Assembly (NCBI RefSeq): GCF_037042905.1
Contig: NC_087252.1
Coordinates: 806,001-870,000, forward strand
DNA length: 64,000 nucleotides
From: Lytechinus pictus
Lineage: Eukaryota
Direction: 5' to 3'
Below are positions 1-13,746 of this stretch, piece after piece. Numbering within the stretch: the first letter of the stretch is position 1; the number at the start of each line of letters is the position of its first letter. The notes under the pieces were generated by a model that ran no database searches, was not told the origin of the DNA, and worked only from the letters and a program-made list of their open reading frames with translations. Both the position numbers and the translations under genes were made by a program.

Positions 1-740
1 ATATCTTTAAAACCCTACTAGGCCTGAAGTTGATTTTTATGCCGAATGAAAGATGAATTCTGCATTACCGTCTTGCGAAATTAAGCGAAATTTGAAACAA
101 AAAATAACCGTCTGTTATTTCACATCAGATTTTGATGGAGGTTTCAGCTTAAAAGTTTTCCCCTGCAATCAAAAAAAAGTTTTATAGGGGCGGACTTATC
201 TTTGACATGCGGAAGGACAATATTCCGAATGTGGGTGTTGGTGGATGTGGTTGGATACGACGTTTATTTTGTGTAGAGTTATCAAGTGGGTGTTTCATAA
301 AGCTGTTCGTAATCTTCGAGCGACTGTACGAAAGACTCATATCATTTCTTATGGTAAATGATATATACCGAACATAGAGAGGTTACAGAATTTTCATTGA
401 TGTTGATTTAGCGCATAAAAAAAGGATCACCAGTCGTTCGTCAAGTGAAACACACACCAGGACCCCGTTTACAAGCTTAATAAGCTTATAAGTATTATAG
501 TAGCTTTGCCATCCAATGGTAGCTACCATGGTAACGCTGGTAAACAGCCAATCAAAATCAAGGATTCCATGCAAGTTACTATTGGATGAACAAGTTTAGT
601 AACTTTTATGCAACGGGGCCCAGGTCTGCAAGAGAAATTAATAAATGTAGGTTGATATCACTGTCATAATATTGAAAACAGCACAGTCAAATTCTGTACA
701 TGGAATAACACATAGAACATTAGCAAAGATACCCATTTAA

Positions 741-1145
741 AGGTCAAGTCCACCACAGGAAAATGTTGATTTGAGTAAATAGAGAAAAATCAAACTAGCA
801 TAACGCTGAAAATTTCATCAAAATCGGAAAATAACTGAGAAATTCATTTTATTTTAAAGTTTCGCTTAATTTCACAAAACAGTTATCTTCACATCCTGGC
901 TGGTATGCAAATAAGGGGACTGATGACATCACTCACTATTTCTCTTGTATTTTATTATATGAAATATTCCGATTTTCTCCCCCTTGTCATGTAAAATTTT
1001 GTTTTATTCCTTCCGGAACATGTGGAATTAACATTGTTAAACATTATGTGGTTCAGTCAAGTTTTACAATACTGTCAATTCTTTAAAAATCATAAATATC
1101 GTATCATTCAAACAAGAAAAAACTAAAGAAATAGTGAGTGATGGC
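741..1145. mobile_element. Kolobok-like MITE family A, truncated copy
   Basis: TTAA|AGGTCAAGTCCAC terminus; body matches the copies at 35892, 38990 and 60933. Confidence 0.75.
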
Positions 1146-1236
1146 TAGCACCTTTGTTTATATTCCCGATTCTAGAGCCATTAATTGTATTTGTTTAATG
1201 AAACGATCAGTAGATCGTCAATAATCGGTTTACCTC

Positions 1237-2530
1237 ACGTAGCTAGGATTTTTTTCCTGGGGGCACTGGGGGGGGGGTCCTTGCTTTTTTAGGGGTGGGC
1301 ACCATTTTTTCCGGTGTGTGTGTATGTGTCACAAGGGCGGATCCGACTTTCGCCAATAGGGGACGGGGCCCGAAAATATCTTCACCTATATTTTCTCCGA
1401 TCAGTCACTTCTTAGTTTTATTCTTATAAAACAAAATTAACATGAAATAATCTCATAAGCCTTATAAAAAGTGCGAGCGCGAAGCGCGAGCGATTTTTTG
1501 TTTTACTTTCATGTATTTTGTCCTGAAAATGTAATATTCTGGGCAATATTATGTATGATCCTGAACAAGATTCGTATGTAACTAGGTGGTTACTGCGAAC
1601 GCCAAGCGCGAGCAGAAATCTATATTGACTGTTCTAGCATTATCGAAAAGGGACCTGTTAAGGACTGCTTAGCCTACAGTTACCCACGAAGACGGTATAT
1701 ATTTCAATAATGGGAGCGCGAAGCGCGAGCAAATCTTTTGGGACATTCCGACCTAAAAAAGGTCATTCTAAGCACTTTTTGTATTAATAAATGGGATATG
1801 TATGTAACTAAACAATTGATGTGAGCGCGAAGCGCTAAAGGAAGAAAATTAAGATCTTAGACCTAAAAGCGGGACACTCTATTCATATTTTGTAAATCAT
1901 AAATAGGATATAGTTAATTGGGTATCATTAATAATGCGATCGTGAAGCGTGAGCAGACAATTATTGATATTCTGATGTGAAACTGGATAATTTAAGTAAA
2001 GAATCTAGAACCTAGAATCTGGGCATTCTGAATACATTTGTTTAATAGAACTTTATGGAATACAAGTAGACAATAGGAACTTGGCAAATCAAACAATGTG
2101 ACCATGCAGCGCGAGCTTAAAATGATGATAAGTAGACCATAAAACGGACATTTTACAGAGCACTTAAATTTGTAAATAAAACTTGCTCCATATCAGCCTA
2201 TTGAGCAAGATATGAATCTCATCGAACAGGCAATTCTGGCGCGAAGCGCAAGCGAAAATTTTATATAGTAACATGAAATAATTTTTTTTTGCAAGTCTTC
2301 CCCTCACATTATTTCATTCATTCGTCTTCCTCCTCTTATTTTCCTCTTCATTTTTTCTTGTCTTTCTAGCTCCTTCTTTTCCTTTTTTCTTTTTTTCTTT
2401 CTCCCTTTTTTATCTTTTTTTTACTCTGCCAATTTTTTCAGGGGGGGGGGGGCACCTGGGGGGCACACCAAATCTCAGGGGGCACGTGCCCCCCAGGCCC
2501 CCCCCCCCCCCCCCCGTAGCTACGCCACTG
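1237..2530. mobile_element. Nested poly-G/poly-C non-autonomous DNA elements
   Basis: Right end GTAGCTACGCCACTG; an inner element starts AGGGCGGATCC at about 1334; repeated GCGAGCGCGAAGCGCGAGC motifs. A related end occurs at 22982. Confidence 0.55.
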
Positions 2531-2811
2531 GTCAGGATAAGGATTATTAACAATGCTCCTATTCGCTCTCGTATTTGATTGTACTACATAAAACGAACAT
2601 CCTAAAATGATTTCCGGATTTTTTTTTTCTTTTCACACAGGGCAATATATATATAAATTGGACACAAAATGTACTTCAAAAACATTATTGATTAACATGT
2701 TTACAAAAAAAAAAAAACCATTAAAAGTTACCAAATCCAACAGACCCTCAGTTTCCCTCTTCCCAGTACCCGCACTCTCTTTGCACAAAAAGCAATTTTT
2801 ACCGTCCTTAA

Positions 2812-3220
2812 AGAGAAATTCCAGTAGTTGCAGTAAACACTGATTTCATGAGAAAGTCTGTAAAACCAGGCGTAATTGTCAGTATATCATCGAGGATCTA
2901 GATCTGGTACAGTTACATAAACTGAACTTTGTGAAATCTTGAAATCTACGCTGACAAATTTTCACACTGAAGATCACCAACACAGAAAGGCACACATGGG
3001 ACAGTGAATTATTATTGCTGGAATAAAGACCCGACGGAAGTGACCGAATCCGAAGTGACCGAATCCGCGTTTATTTTGCTTATTTATCAGCAATTACACA
3101 ATTTCTTCCAGAATCCTTTGGCACATATTTTTTATTCATACAAACAGACACTTGGATGGTCATTATATTAGATTCTGTAAAAAGTCATTTTGAGATCGTT
3201 ACCAGAACTGGAATTTATCT
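2812..3220. mobile_element. Kolobok-like MITE family B
   Basis: TTAA on both sides; TIR AGAGAAATTCCAGT / ACTGGAATTTATCT. Confidence 0.8.
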
Positions 3221-3223
3221 TTA

Positions 3224-3930
3224 ATTCTGGAACTCTCTCAGGATTGACATTATAAATGCCGCTAGTTTGAATTGTTTTAAAATAAAGCTGAAGAAACAAA
3301 ATTTGATTCTCGAATCATACATAGAGCGAAATGCCAATTGAGCGATCGGTACAAAACTCTACCTTACTTTCTTCCCTCGTGACGTTTTTTTTTTCTTCCT
3401 CCTTCTTTCTTTATTTCTTCCTCTTTCCTCTGATCCCCTTTCACCCACACCTAAGCACCACACTATCCTCTCGGTTACATTCTCTCCATTTGATTTATAT
3501 TCTACTTCCATTAACTCAATTTTAATGTATCAACCATCAAAGTAAATTTATTCCTTCACCCCTCCCCTCCTTCTCCTATGCCATAGTTATACCTACTAAT
3601 CTATCTAATATCCATCGAGGGATCCACATTTAACAAGCCCTGCTATTCAGAGGACCCCATTTCCTCAATTTTTATTCTGCCTAATTAAAAAAGATAAATG
3701 CAAATAGCCTTGCAGATGTTTAATAGACAGTGTTCTACATTTAGTTTTACCCTCATTGTATATATCATAATTGTATGAATTTCTTTTAAATCTGCATTGT
3801 TTATTGCTTACCGAAAACATTTATCTCTTATTTGTATGGTCTTATTCCTTACATAGTACATTCCTTTGTATTGATTTGTATGGTTATCATTTCATATTTG
3901 GTTAATGTGTTGACTACAAAAGAAATAAAG
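3224..3930 (+). mobile_element. 3' remnant of a CR1/L2-group LINE
   Basis: Translates FWNSLRIDIINAASLNCFKIKLKK, a typical ORF2 C-terminus, followed by a pyrimidine-rich UTR ending near AATAAA. Confidence 0.55.
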
Positions 3931-4393
3931 CAAACGAGAGCATGAACTTGAGTAAATTGATAGAAAGACAAACAACAAAGCAAATTTATTTCTAACTTAC
4001 CTTAATGAATTTGTACACCTTACCAGACAAAAGTAATGAGAAAGGAATAAAATGAAATAGATTAATAAGTAAAATATACATATTATTTGCAGTGTGAGAC
4101 TGTGAGTTTGTTTAAATGGGCCGGGATGTAGTTGTCCCCATTTACTTCATGTCTTTTTTCTCAGATACATTTTAAGGGAGGGTCGAGCTTGCGATTATGT
4201 AACTGCAAAAAAAAAGCTTGTGCGCAGCTACGCATTGTACTTCTACCATGTCTACTATTGTGTAGCAAAACAACGTTTGGTGATTTGGACACAGATTCAT
4301 GCCATTCCAGTGATTCCAATTACATTATTCTAAATTGCCGAGCTTGACGGGTTAATTGTTCAGGAACACGACTCGACTCAAAGTGCGAATTTG

Positions 4394-4435
4394 ATTGGTT
4401 CGCCATGTTGAAGCACGTGACCTATTTTTAAATAA
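4394..4435 (+). promoter_or_regulatory. Cluster of promoter-type motifs upstream of the zinc-finger-like gene
   Basis: ATTGG (reverse CCAAT) at 4394, CGCCATGTT (YY1-like) at 4401, CACGTG E-box at 4414 and CTATTTTTAA (MEF2/TATA-like) at 4422, all within about 40 bp. Confidence 0.3.
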
Positions 4436-5306
4436 CCCATTCAAGACCTATTATAGAGCAAAGGTCTCGTGTAAAGTTGCTCGCCGTAACTCTTTCGACA
4501 TCTCTGCTAGACTTTGTCATAGACATGTCGTTTGGAGATTTCTTAGCATTTGCTTTGCCCGGTTGCGTTGATCTTCACCTTGTGAATGATGGCTAACCAG
4601 TACATAGGATGTTGCATCGAGAATGCCCGCGAGGGTGCCCGGTGTAGGAGGCAACCACTCCCAGGCTTACAGGAATTTCGTTGCTGGCAACACGTCAGGT
4701 CAGCTTTTTACTTTATTTTTTTAGAACCAAGCACATGTATGTATTCCCTATTGCAGTCAGGACTAGCCAGGAGGCTTCTAGAGAGTAAAAATCATTTACT
4801 AACGTAAGCTTACTCTCAACGAAGCCAGGGATTCGATATCTACACGCACCGCCCAAGAAACCTCAAACTTTCGCCCCCGAGATTTATACTTTCCTTCTAA
4901 AAGATATAGCCCTAAATAATGTAAATGGGATACAACTTCATTTCCGACATTTCTACGATATTGATTTCATTTTTAAACAAGAATTCATTCAAAAAACGAG
5001 AAAATGTTATGAAAAGACGGGAAAAACTCGCGACCGTGTTTACGTCGCCATCTTGATTCATTGTCTTTCGCTTGGCGACAGCAAGCAAATCGCGCGATTT
5101 GCTTGCTGTAAACACGGTGGCAAGTTTTTTCCGTTTTTTCATAGCATTTTCTCGTATTTTGGATGAAATCAATATCGTAGAAATGTCGGAAATGAAGTTG
5201 TATCCCATGTAGATGATTTAGGGCTAGATCTTTTAGAATGAAATTAAAAATCTCGGGGGCGAAAGTTTGAGATTTTTTGGCGGTGCGTGTAGATATCGAA
5301 TCCCTG

Positions 5307-7676
5307 GGGCCTGTTGCATGACGAGATGAGCGATACGAAGGAACGTCCTAGGACCATTCTTCCGAGATAGGAAGATTGGCGACAAATCTGCGCTTTCCGT
5401 TTCACGAAGGCAATTTTGTCTTTCAAGTCCGCGACATCATTTGATATCGATAGTATCGGAAAAATATTTAGTCTTCATCGACACCTGAACCTTTTATTTC
5501 GGAATGGCGACTTTTCACAAAATCATATATTTCAATAAAAGGGGATCAAATAATGTTTTATTTATTACTCATTGTAGAATTGATGTATGGAGCGTATTTT
5601 ATATGGTAAAAAGAGAAAAAACTATCAAGATTCACAAACATAACTGGATAAAATCGAAATTTTCATTATTTCCCTTATTTAGAACACGGTGTCCTTTAAG
5701 AGACACCTTTCATTGATATTTCAACGAAAGAGACCCTTGTCCGACATAAAAATTGATTTAACTAAGTAATTTCGATATTTTATTAGTTCAATATACTGAT
5801 TTTTTATAGAATACATATATATGATGATTTTGCAAATTATGCGTTAATATATAGGGTTTGAATGGAGTAAACAAAATCAACAGTGTCTGATTGTTTGAGA
5901 CTAAAAAGGAAAATATGAGAGGCTTCCTGTGAAAAATCTAATTTATTTATTTTATTTGTCAGATATAACGCAAGAAATACAAATGTGAGTGTTTATAAAC
6001 ATACCTCAGTTGCATGATGAGTAACCGAAGACAAGGAAAATATGAAAATTGCTGCAAACATGTCCAAGTGGATAAAGTAGTGCTTTGCAATAACAATTAA
6101 AACATAGAAAAAGGTGTGCAATCCGCAATGGAAAAAATACTATTTACAAAACTAATGCTAAATATTACAAGGATCATAAACGTTGATCATCTTTAAAGTT
6201 GATCACTTAATTTATGGAAGCTTATATAAGAATATAAGGTTTAAGAATATAAAAAATATATTGTTCAACATTTCAAAGTTGAGGAGTAAAGACTACATTA
6301 TTGATTCAACATTACATAGGGGCCGAAAGAGGCCTCCCTACGATTTAAAATGCGCCTCTTCGTATGGACTTTCCATAATCTTTTCTTTAATGAACTAGCT
6401 TATTTTCATTTGTAATAATTGTGATGGATTCGTAAGCAATAGGCCTAGAATCTGTATCTTAAATTCAATTAGCTATTTTGTTACTGCCGATTGTTTGTTT
6501 TGTTTCACTGTTTCACATCTCAAGTTAGCCCAAATCCGACAATTAATTTTCATTGATTAAAAAAAATCTCAGCAAAAAAAATAATTATAATGAAAATGAA
6601 ATAAAAAAATAAATGAATGATTTACTATGTTTAACATTTTAGTTTTGTATCGTGTTTTTTTTTTGCTGAACGTTATAAACACGTTTTTTACCTTACATAA
6701 TTTCTTTTAAAGAAATTTGTTTTCATGTTGTTTAATTATCTATGATGAGAAAGCATGAGGGGTCAGACTGCCGCCCATTTCGATATTTCAAAAAAAATTA
6801 ATGGAAATGGTGTGGGGATAGGACGGAGAATGAAAGAAAACATATTTTAAAAAATATTTGGGCCTTTATACATTACCCCCGGACATAATGCCCGGAGAAG
6901 TTAAAATGACATCTGTTTTTGGTCGTCTTGCCGTGCAAAAAGACGACCTGAAATCGATAACAACTAGCCCCCATATAAAAAATAACTTGGCGCCATCCCA
7001 GACAAAATACATCAGTGTGCAACCGCAAAAAATGTTTAAAGGTGATATGTCAGTGTGGCTTGCCGTAAACGCATTTTCTCTCAGTGCCGACAGTGGCGGG
7101 CGGTGTGCAAAGAAGATCATACCTACGTAGGACATGTCTGGAAGTAGCGCGTTTTCGCCCAGCGTCGTACGACGCTATCTACGACGTAGAACGATCTCTT
7201 GGTTCGTGCGTCCGTCGCGCTCAACTCTCGCTTGTAAGCAGTTTCGCAAATCGCTGAACGCGGCCGGATCGACCGGAAGTACGTAGACTGCATGACGTCA
7301 CCACTACTAGGGAAAATCCCGCGCCCGCGCTCTATGAACTGGCTACATCGGCTCAGCTTGCTCGCTCTACAAGCGATCTGATTGGCTGTTGACGGCTGTT
7401 GACAAATCCTACGTTCTAATGCGGACGCCCGCTAATTTGCGGAAGAACCGTCCGTGATTTGAGCTCAAGAACGCTCGGGCCTCTGTTTCCATGGAAGTTG
7501 GCGATTTTTGCACACGACCCTTACGTTCTACGTCGTACGACGCTGGGCGAAAACGCGCTATTGTCTTTCCAAGGACCATTCTTCGTAGCGCCCAAATCGG
7601 CTTTGTGAAACAGTTGAGCGATATCTCGTTCTTACGTATAATGGTTCTACGAAAGACCCTTTCATGCAACAGGCCC
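5307..7676. mobile_element. PIF/Harbinger-like non-autonomous element (2.4 kb)
   Basis: TIR GGGCCTGTTGCATGA / TCATGCAACAGGCCC; 3-bp CTG TSD in a CCTGG site; removing it restores the host arm GAATCCCTGGCTTCG. Confidence 0.8.
7145..7560. mobile_element. CpG-rich MITE nested in the Harbinger-like element
   Basis: 30-bp perfect TIR TAGCGCGTTTTCGCCCAGCGTCGTACGACG. Confidence 0.8.
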
Positions 7677-10600
7677 CTGGCTTCGTTGAGAGTAAGCATA
7701 CGTTAGTAAATGATTTTTACTCTCTAGAAGCCTCCTGGCTAGTCGGGACCCTGGAAACGATTTTTGACTGCGGGTGCTGAGGTAAATTTGAAATGAAAGA
7801 AAACAATTCAAACATTTTTTTTTACATATTTTTTTCAGAATGCCGAAGGTGCTACCTTTGCAGAATGATACACGCAGCACCCTAAGAAAATCATTCAAAG
7901 TAGCACCCCCGCTTCACAGGGCCGTGATGGTTGTGTAAAGTTTGGAGGCATGTATGGATGAAACATAAATAAATTGCAATACTATCCCGCCAATGCATGG
8001 TTATTTAGGATTATGGAATTCTGAGAATGATGAAAGTTGCTTCCGAATTCCATGCTATCATGGAATTCATCTTATTCTCTTTATCTTGGTTTCTTATATA
8101 AGATAAATAAAAAGTTAATAACACTGTATAATCATCAGGGTACAGAAAAAAAGAAAAATGTAACTGGCAAATGGACACACATTGTGTACATGCCTTAATA
8201 AATAGCGGTCTGAAACGAAATGAAAGGAAGCACGATGGTGGCGCTTATAAATTTCACAACCTTTATTCAGCTCCTCGATATAATTGTCTAAATTCTTTGA
8301 ATGCGCCATTCTTATAATTACTTTATTAGATATGGGCACCAATAAATTAAATACCTTCAAAACACAATTAAAGATTATTATTGGCGATGATAACTTTTGG
8401 GGAAATAGTTTAAAATGATGACTAAAAAAAAAAAAAATAGGAAAAAAACGGTGTGCCTTCAACGAAACCAACTTTGTTCAACGAACGGTCCATCAAAGTC
8501 TATACATTGAAAAGATTGGACACTTCACGGACTTCTTGTAATGCTTTGCGTCGATTAGTATTTTGCGTGTAAAATTATTTAGGTGCTTATAATTAGTCTT
8601 CCCTTGTAGTGTGTTTGATATAAATATGAATTGCGTGCCCTCTTTAGACAAAAAAAAAATCGGAATCGCCGAGTGAGATCCACCTTGCTGCTTGTCGATG
8701 AGAAAAGTCCGAGAAGAAAAATTGAAAATTTAAATTTCACCAATTGAATTGGTGAATACTGGGGAAATCCGGATTCACATCGTTCGGTGACATAGAAAAT
8801 GTTTGACCTATTTTGATTAATTATAGTTAGTCCTATTACGTTTTATCCCATGGAATTGGAAGTGTTGCACATGCATGCGCCTCGCCAGGAGGCTCCTACA
8901 GACATGACAGAGTAAAAGACGGGCAAAACTCAAGCTTTCGCCATGCCAAATTCTGCTTTCCCTTTAAAATTTCAAGCCATTAATCATGTAAAATGGGTCG
9001 GTACTTCATTTCTGACATTTATGCAATATTGATTTCATTTTCAGGACCCGCGGAGCGGTTTTCAAAGTGGGGGGGGGGGGGGGCTGACCATGCAAAAAAT
9101 CACAATCTTATGGTAATTTTTACGTTTTTGTACACGGTTTTGGAAAAAAAGTGGGGGGGGGGGGCTGAAGCCCATGAATTCCTCCACTAGATAATTTTTC
9201 CCAAAAAATTACGTCAGTATAAGTGTATACCATGGACTGCATTAGGAACGTCGTCTTCAAGTAGGGGGACTACAGGAGTAGGAAAGAATTGTTAATAAAT
9301 GTATTTGAAAAATCGGCAGCAAAAACGACTAATTACTAAAATGATTCAAGATAAAGTTTAATCATTTATCACATCGAAATAGTCAATTTAGTCATTGATA
9401 AGATAATTAATATTTTAACGATTGATTTGCTTATTAATTTGTTTTACAGACAGCCAGCAGCGGTCCAGTGCAGTGCGCACGTCGAAGTGTCCGGAATTCG
9501 TCCTGGACGTCGAGATCGCAGACGCTCCAGTCGGCGACGCCTTCATAGGCTAGGAGGGGACGCCGGCAACGCATTCTACTGCACGGTATGTACCACACAA
9601 GGGGTGGGGGCATTAATGTGGACAAAAGCCACCAAAGAAGTTAAATTTTCAAGCACCATTTCGCATAATTCACACAAACTTAAACAGATTTTCTACCCTA
9701 GATATAATTTTGGATATGTATATTTTTCGTTATATTTAAAATCATTCACCTAAATGTATTTCATCTCACTAATATATTGATAATTAAACAATGATGACGA
9801 CGGTGATGATGTTAATGATAATAATCATGATAATGATAATAAAGAGATATGAATGATAAAATGACAATAATGATGATAACGGTGATAATATTATTGATAA
9901 TAGTGTTCAAATAAATATAGAAAAATTATGATAACGGTAGCGATTATAACGATCACGACGACGATGATGATTTTAATGATGACAATGATAATGATGGTAA
10001 TTTATTTTGAATGGTAATGTTTATTGTATTGATATCATTTTCTGCAGTCAAAAAGTTGCACAGGGAGAACGATCATGCGGAGGTCGTTCCAGCGTACCGT
10101 CAACGGCTGGATGAGAGGCGGCGACGCGAGGAGGAGCTTGAGCGACTCCATCCTCGACCATGTCGACAAAGATCACCTCGTCTGGTAGCGTGTGAGATCG
10201 CAGCTGCAGCCGCCGCTCAGCTGCAAGCAGCTAGAGAGCAGCGTCGAGACAACCATCGAGCCAACTAGACCCAGCGGAGGTCGGCCTGGATTGCCGCAGG
10301 CAATGTGTGATCGTAGCCTCAAGTAAGTAAGATTTTTGTATAATTGACAGCTGAATTAAAAAAAAAAAATACAGTATTCTATAGCAAAATGGCTCATCAA
10401 TGAACGAAAGCAATATTTAATTTTTACCAATCACAAATGAAATATTCAATGGTACTATTGTAAAAAAAATGACAAGCAAAAAATAAAAGGTCCTCGCTTT
10501 CAAACTGGGGGGACACACTCGCTAAAAATGCAATTTTTGCATTAAACAATTTGATTATTGCTCTCAAGGAGGGGGGAGCACTGGCTCGATGTGCCCCCCC

Positions 10601-11489
10601 CCCCCCCGATCCGCCAGTGAATTAAATGAAATCCATTGGTTTTGTCATGTTCTTTCATATATCAGATTTTTTTTCATGATGCGAAGAGTATAGGTAATTT
10701 GTTTGCTGTAAATTTTCCGAACTTTTTCGTATATGTCGAGTATTTTTTGCAGAAAATTTGAAATAAAGAGATTTATGGTTTAATCTCTTATACAAGATAT
10801 CAGGATAAAGCATATTCTTTGAAGAGTCTAATTATTCGGAATGGTATAACAATAAGGTATACAGCCGGCTTGACAATATCGTATATAGACTACGAGAACG
10901 CATGGAATTAAGCTGAGTGGATAACATTTCAAAAGTACATCGAATGTCAAAAGAAAAAAAAGAAAAAAGTATGATTTATCGCGACAGTACGGTGTATTGA
11001 CACATTTTGAAATGACAAAATAGACCTTTTTGTATTAGTAAAGCCAAATTAGCAAATAGGCCTATGCCCAACGACGGGCATAAATTTTAGACCAAGGTTG
11101 GCGATTTTTATTGATTGTGGACGTTTTCATTGATATTTGCTTTTACCCTATTTTTGAAGGATCATAACAAAATTTCCTGCCAAATCTAATCCTTTCAAAA
11201 CTAGACATGTGACATAGTTATAACATGTATCTACAATATAATTATGTAGGAATTTATCAGCTTCTCACTTGCAACAGGGGTATGTTATGGCTGAAAGACC
11301 CCCTCTAACGTAAAACAAACTATATTTCAATGAAAATACCTTAAGCTACAAAAGACGAAATTCAATTAAGCATTTTCATTGCTTAACAGAATAATATTTT
11401 GTTTTAGAAACTATTAAAAAAATAGCGTTACTGAATGACTTTCTGACGTCACACAGACCGATCGGTGTTATAAGAACAAAGGTATGTAT

Positions 11490-11640
11490 AGAGCCCGGAT
11501 CCTTCGTCTTCATAGACCGTTTACTATCCCTCGTCGTCATAGCCCGTTTCCCATTCCTCGTCGTCATAGCCCGTTTCCCATTCCTCGTCGTCATAGCCCG
11601 TTTCCCATTCCTCGTCTTCATAGCCCGTTTCCCATCCTTT
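11490..11640. repeat. 27-bp minisatellite, about 5 copies
   Basis: Unit CCTCGTCGTCATAGCCCGTTTCCCATT; gives the 9-aa periodicity of two spurious ORFs. Confidence 0.9.
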
Positions 11641-13411
11641 ATCTTCATTCAATTTCCCATCCATCTTCATCATGTTTCCCATCTATCATCCTTTTGCCGT
11701 CACTCACCTTCATTCCGTTTTCCATTATCCGTTACCCATCACTTTATCTTTGACATCACCCCTCTGTATTTAGTTTTGCATCATATCGCCATCCTAACCA
11801 TCACTCATCTCTCATTTTCTAAACGCGAACGCCCTGATCAAGCAAACACTCAAGCTACTCTCACAGAGCATGAAACAAACAAAGCAAATGCTTAAGCGCA
11901 CAAGCAAAATGTTCGCTTTTTGCATACACTTTTTAGAAATAGCTTAATCGTCAAGCGAATGCTACCAAGAAGTTAACTATTGCTTGAGCCTACTAGCAAA
12001 AACATTTGCTCGCCCATTTTATGCATATGTAATCAAGCAAAAGCCTAGCATAAGCAATTGCTACTTTGTATGCTTCTGAACCAATTTCTTTCATCATTGT
12101 CCATTATCTTACCTCCTCCATCTTTTCTGTAATAATTATCTTGCCCTATATAACGATTTACCTATTCCTCAGTCATATTTATCTCTGTTAGACATTGTGT
12201 TCAAATTGTTACATCTGTATATCAGATTGAAGAAATATGTTGCATCCCTTTTTCTTGATCAGAACTAAAGTTTTTCCAGTGTTTGGTCTTATTGTAATTA
12301 GAAATTTAGAAACTCTTTTCATTAATAGTTCCGGTAAAACCTTGCTCATTACAATGTACATCAAAATAATGTCATTTTTCCTATTTTCTTCAATTAATTA
12401 ACTTTTCGTGATCATTACACACTGCATTCCACAGAATATATTTTCTTGCAAAATTATTTCCCTGTATCCCTCGATTTCATTATATTAAAGGTTTGAACAT
12501 GAAGAAAGTGTTTTTCGCTTCTAATTGTATCCCTTACTATCTTTGTTATTCTTTCTCTCTAATCCCTTTAATCAAATAGAGGCATTTTCGTATATTTTGA
12601 GAAAAATACTTTAGATTTCATCGAATTCACCTACACAAATTGACAGGAAATATGTTTACAGTTAAACAAAATTTTGTGAAATCTAGAGGTTTTCTGTAAA
12701 TAAGTTGTCTCTAGATTTACTTGAAATTAAATATTTTCCATGTATATTTTGCGATCATCTTTTTGGCGCATGTAATCCAATGGAGTAAATTGTATTATCC
12801 TCACAATTTTTCATAATGCCATAATCAAAGGTAGTAAATTATTATGTAGTACACTCAAAGCAGGAAAAATCACCACACAATATGAATATTCAAATAATTA
12901 TCCTTGCTGACAAAAACTTAGGAAACGTCGACCAACGGTAATTCCAAAAGCCCCATTGCAAATAAATTGAAAAAGCTCTAACGTTTTAGGTGCCTCATAA
13001 AAGGTATGTGGAATTTGAATTAAGAAATATAGTTGGATCATGTTAAACAATTTTTTGTTTTTAATGTTTCATATTTCATACTTTAAAAATGAAGATTAAA
13101 AGTTATATCTAAAACGTTTAAGTCATATTCTTTTGAAGAAAAAAAATACATATTGAGCATGCCGAATTTACTAATTTTAAATAATTTACATGCGCTTTGT
13201 GCATCTCTAGGGTTGAATAATGAATATGTTTGTCGCAAAGCTGTATGAATACATACGTTGGAACAAATTTGAAAACAACCGACCTCTTTACACCAAAGAT
13301 TTTTTAGAATTCATTCGAAATAGCTTGGACCATCTAGGGTCATCCTCTGGCCCTAATGATTAAATATGTGTAGATAAAGATCATAAATATATACATATAT
13401 ATATATATATA

Positions 13412-13690
13412 TCAATGTGAGAAATTATACATTTACAACAGCAGGTGAATGAAGAGAACAATGGTATTTGGTAGGCATAGCTTAGATCAAGCTGGCAGGG
13501 GGCCCGGGTTCGATTCCCGTCAGAGACATTTTTTCGGCCTCACCAATTTTTCCAAAGGGTAGATAGTCCTTGGGAGCCTTGAATGAAGCTACGTCTACCA
13601 TTGTTCTCTGCATTCATTCCTTTCATCACATATTTTGAATACAAGAATTGCCAAAGCTGCTGTACATGTATAATTTATCACATAATTTGT
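13412..13690. repeat. Palindromic repeat next to (TA)n carrying the 3' half of a tRNA-like sequence
   Basis: Inverted arms (TGTGAGAAATTATACAT / ATGTATAATTTATCACA; AGAGAACAATGGTA / TACCATTGTTCTCT) around GGGTTCGATTCCC..CAGAGACATTTT; homologous to 14504-14670. Confidence 0.7.
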
Positions 13691-13746
13691 GTTGTTGTAT
13701 AAACAAATAGAGATGTTTGTATATGTATACATGTGTGTGCGTGTAT

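Larger units (their letters stand above)
4764..7741. mobile_element. hAT-like palindromic MITE (about 600 bp), interrupted by a Harbinger-like element
   Basis: Termini TAGCCAGGAGGC / GCCTCCTGGCTA; long inverted arms; 8-bp TSD GTCAGGAC / GTCGGGAC (one mismatch). A diverged relative lies at about 8880-9040. Confidence 0.75.
4586..10322 (+). pseudogene. Spliced, probably decayed gene with C-x6-G-x2-C-x12-C-x2-H (DUF5763-like) zinc-finger motif(s); exon-like blocks 4586-4698, 9450-9585, 10048-10322 (possibly also 4757-4763/7750-7781 and 7839 onward)
   Basis: GC-rich islands bounded by AG/GT signals. The 4698->9450 splice is in frame: CIENAREGARCRRQPLPGLQEFRCWQHVRQPAAVQCSAH...FYCT. The Arg/Glu/Ala-rich frame of the 10048 block is out of phase at an A5 run. 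Confidence 0.45.

Noticed and set aside
11376..11753. Repetitive ORFs on both strands
   Set aside because: Products of a 27-bp minisatellite.
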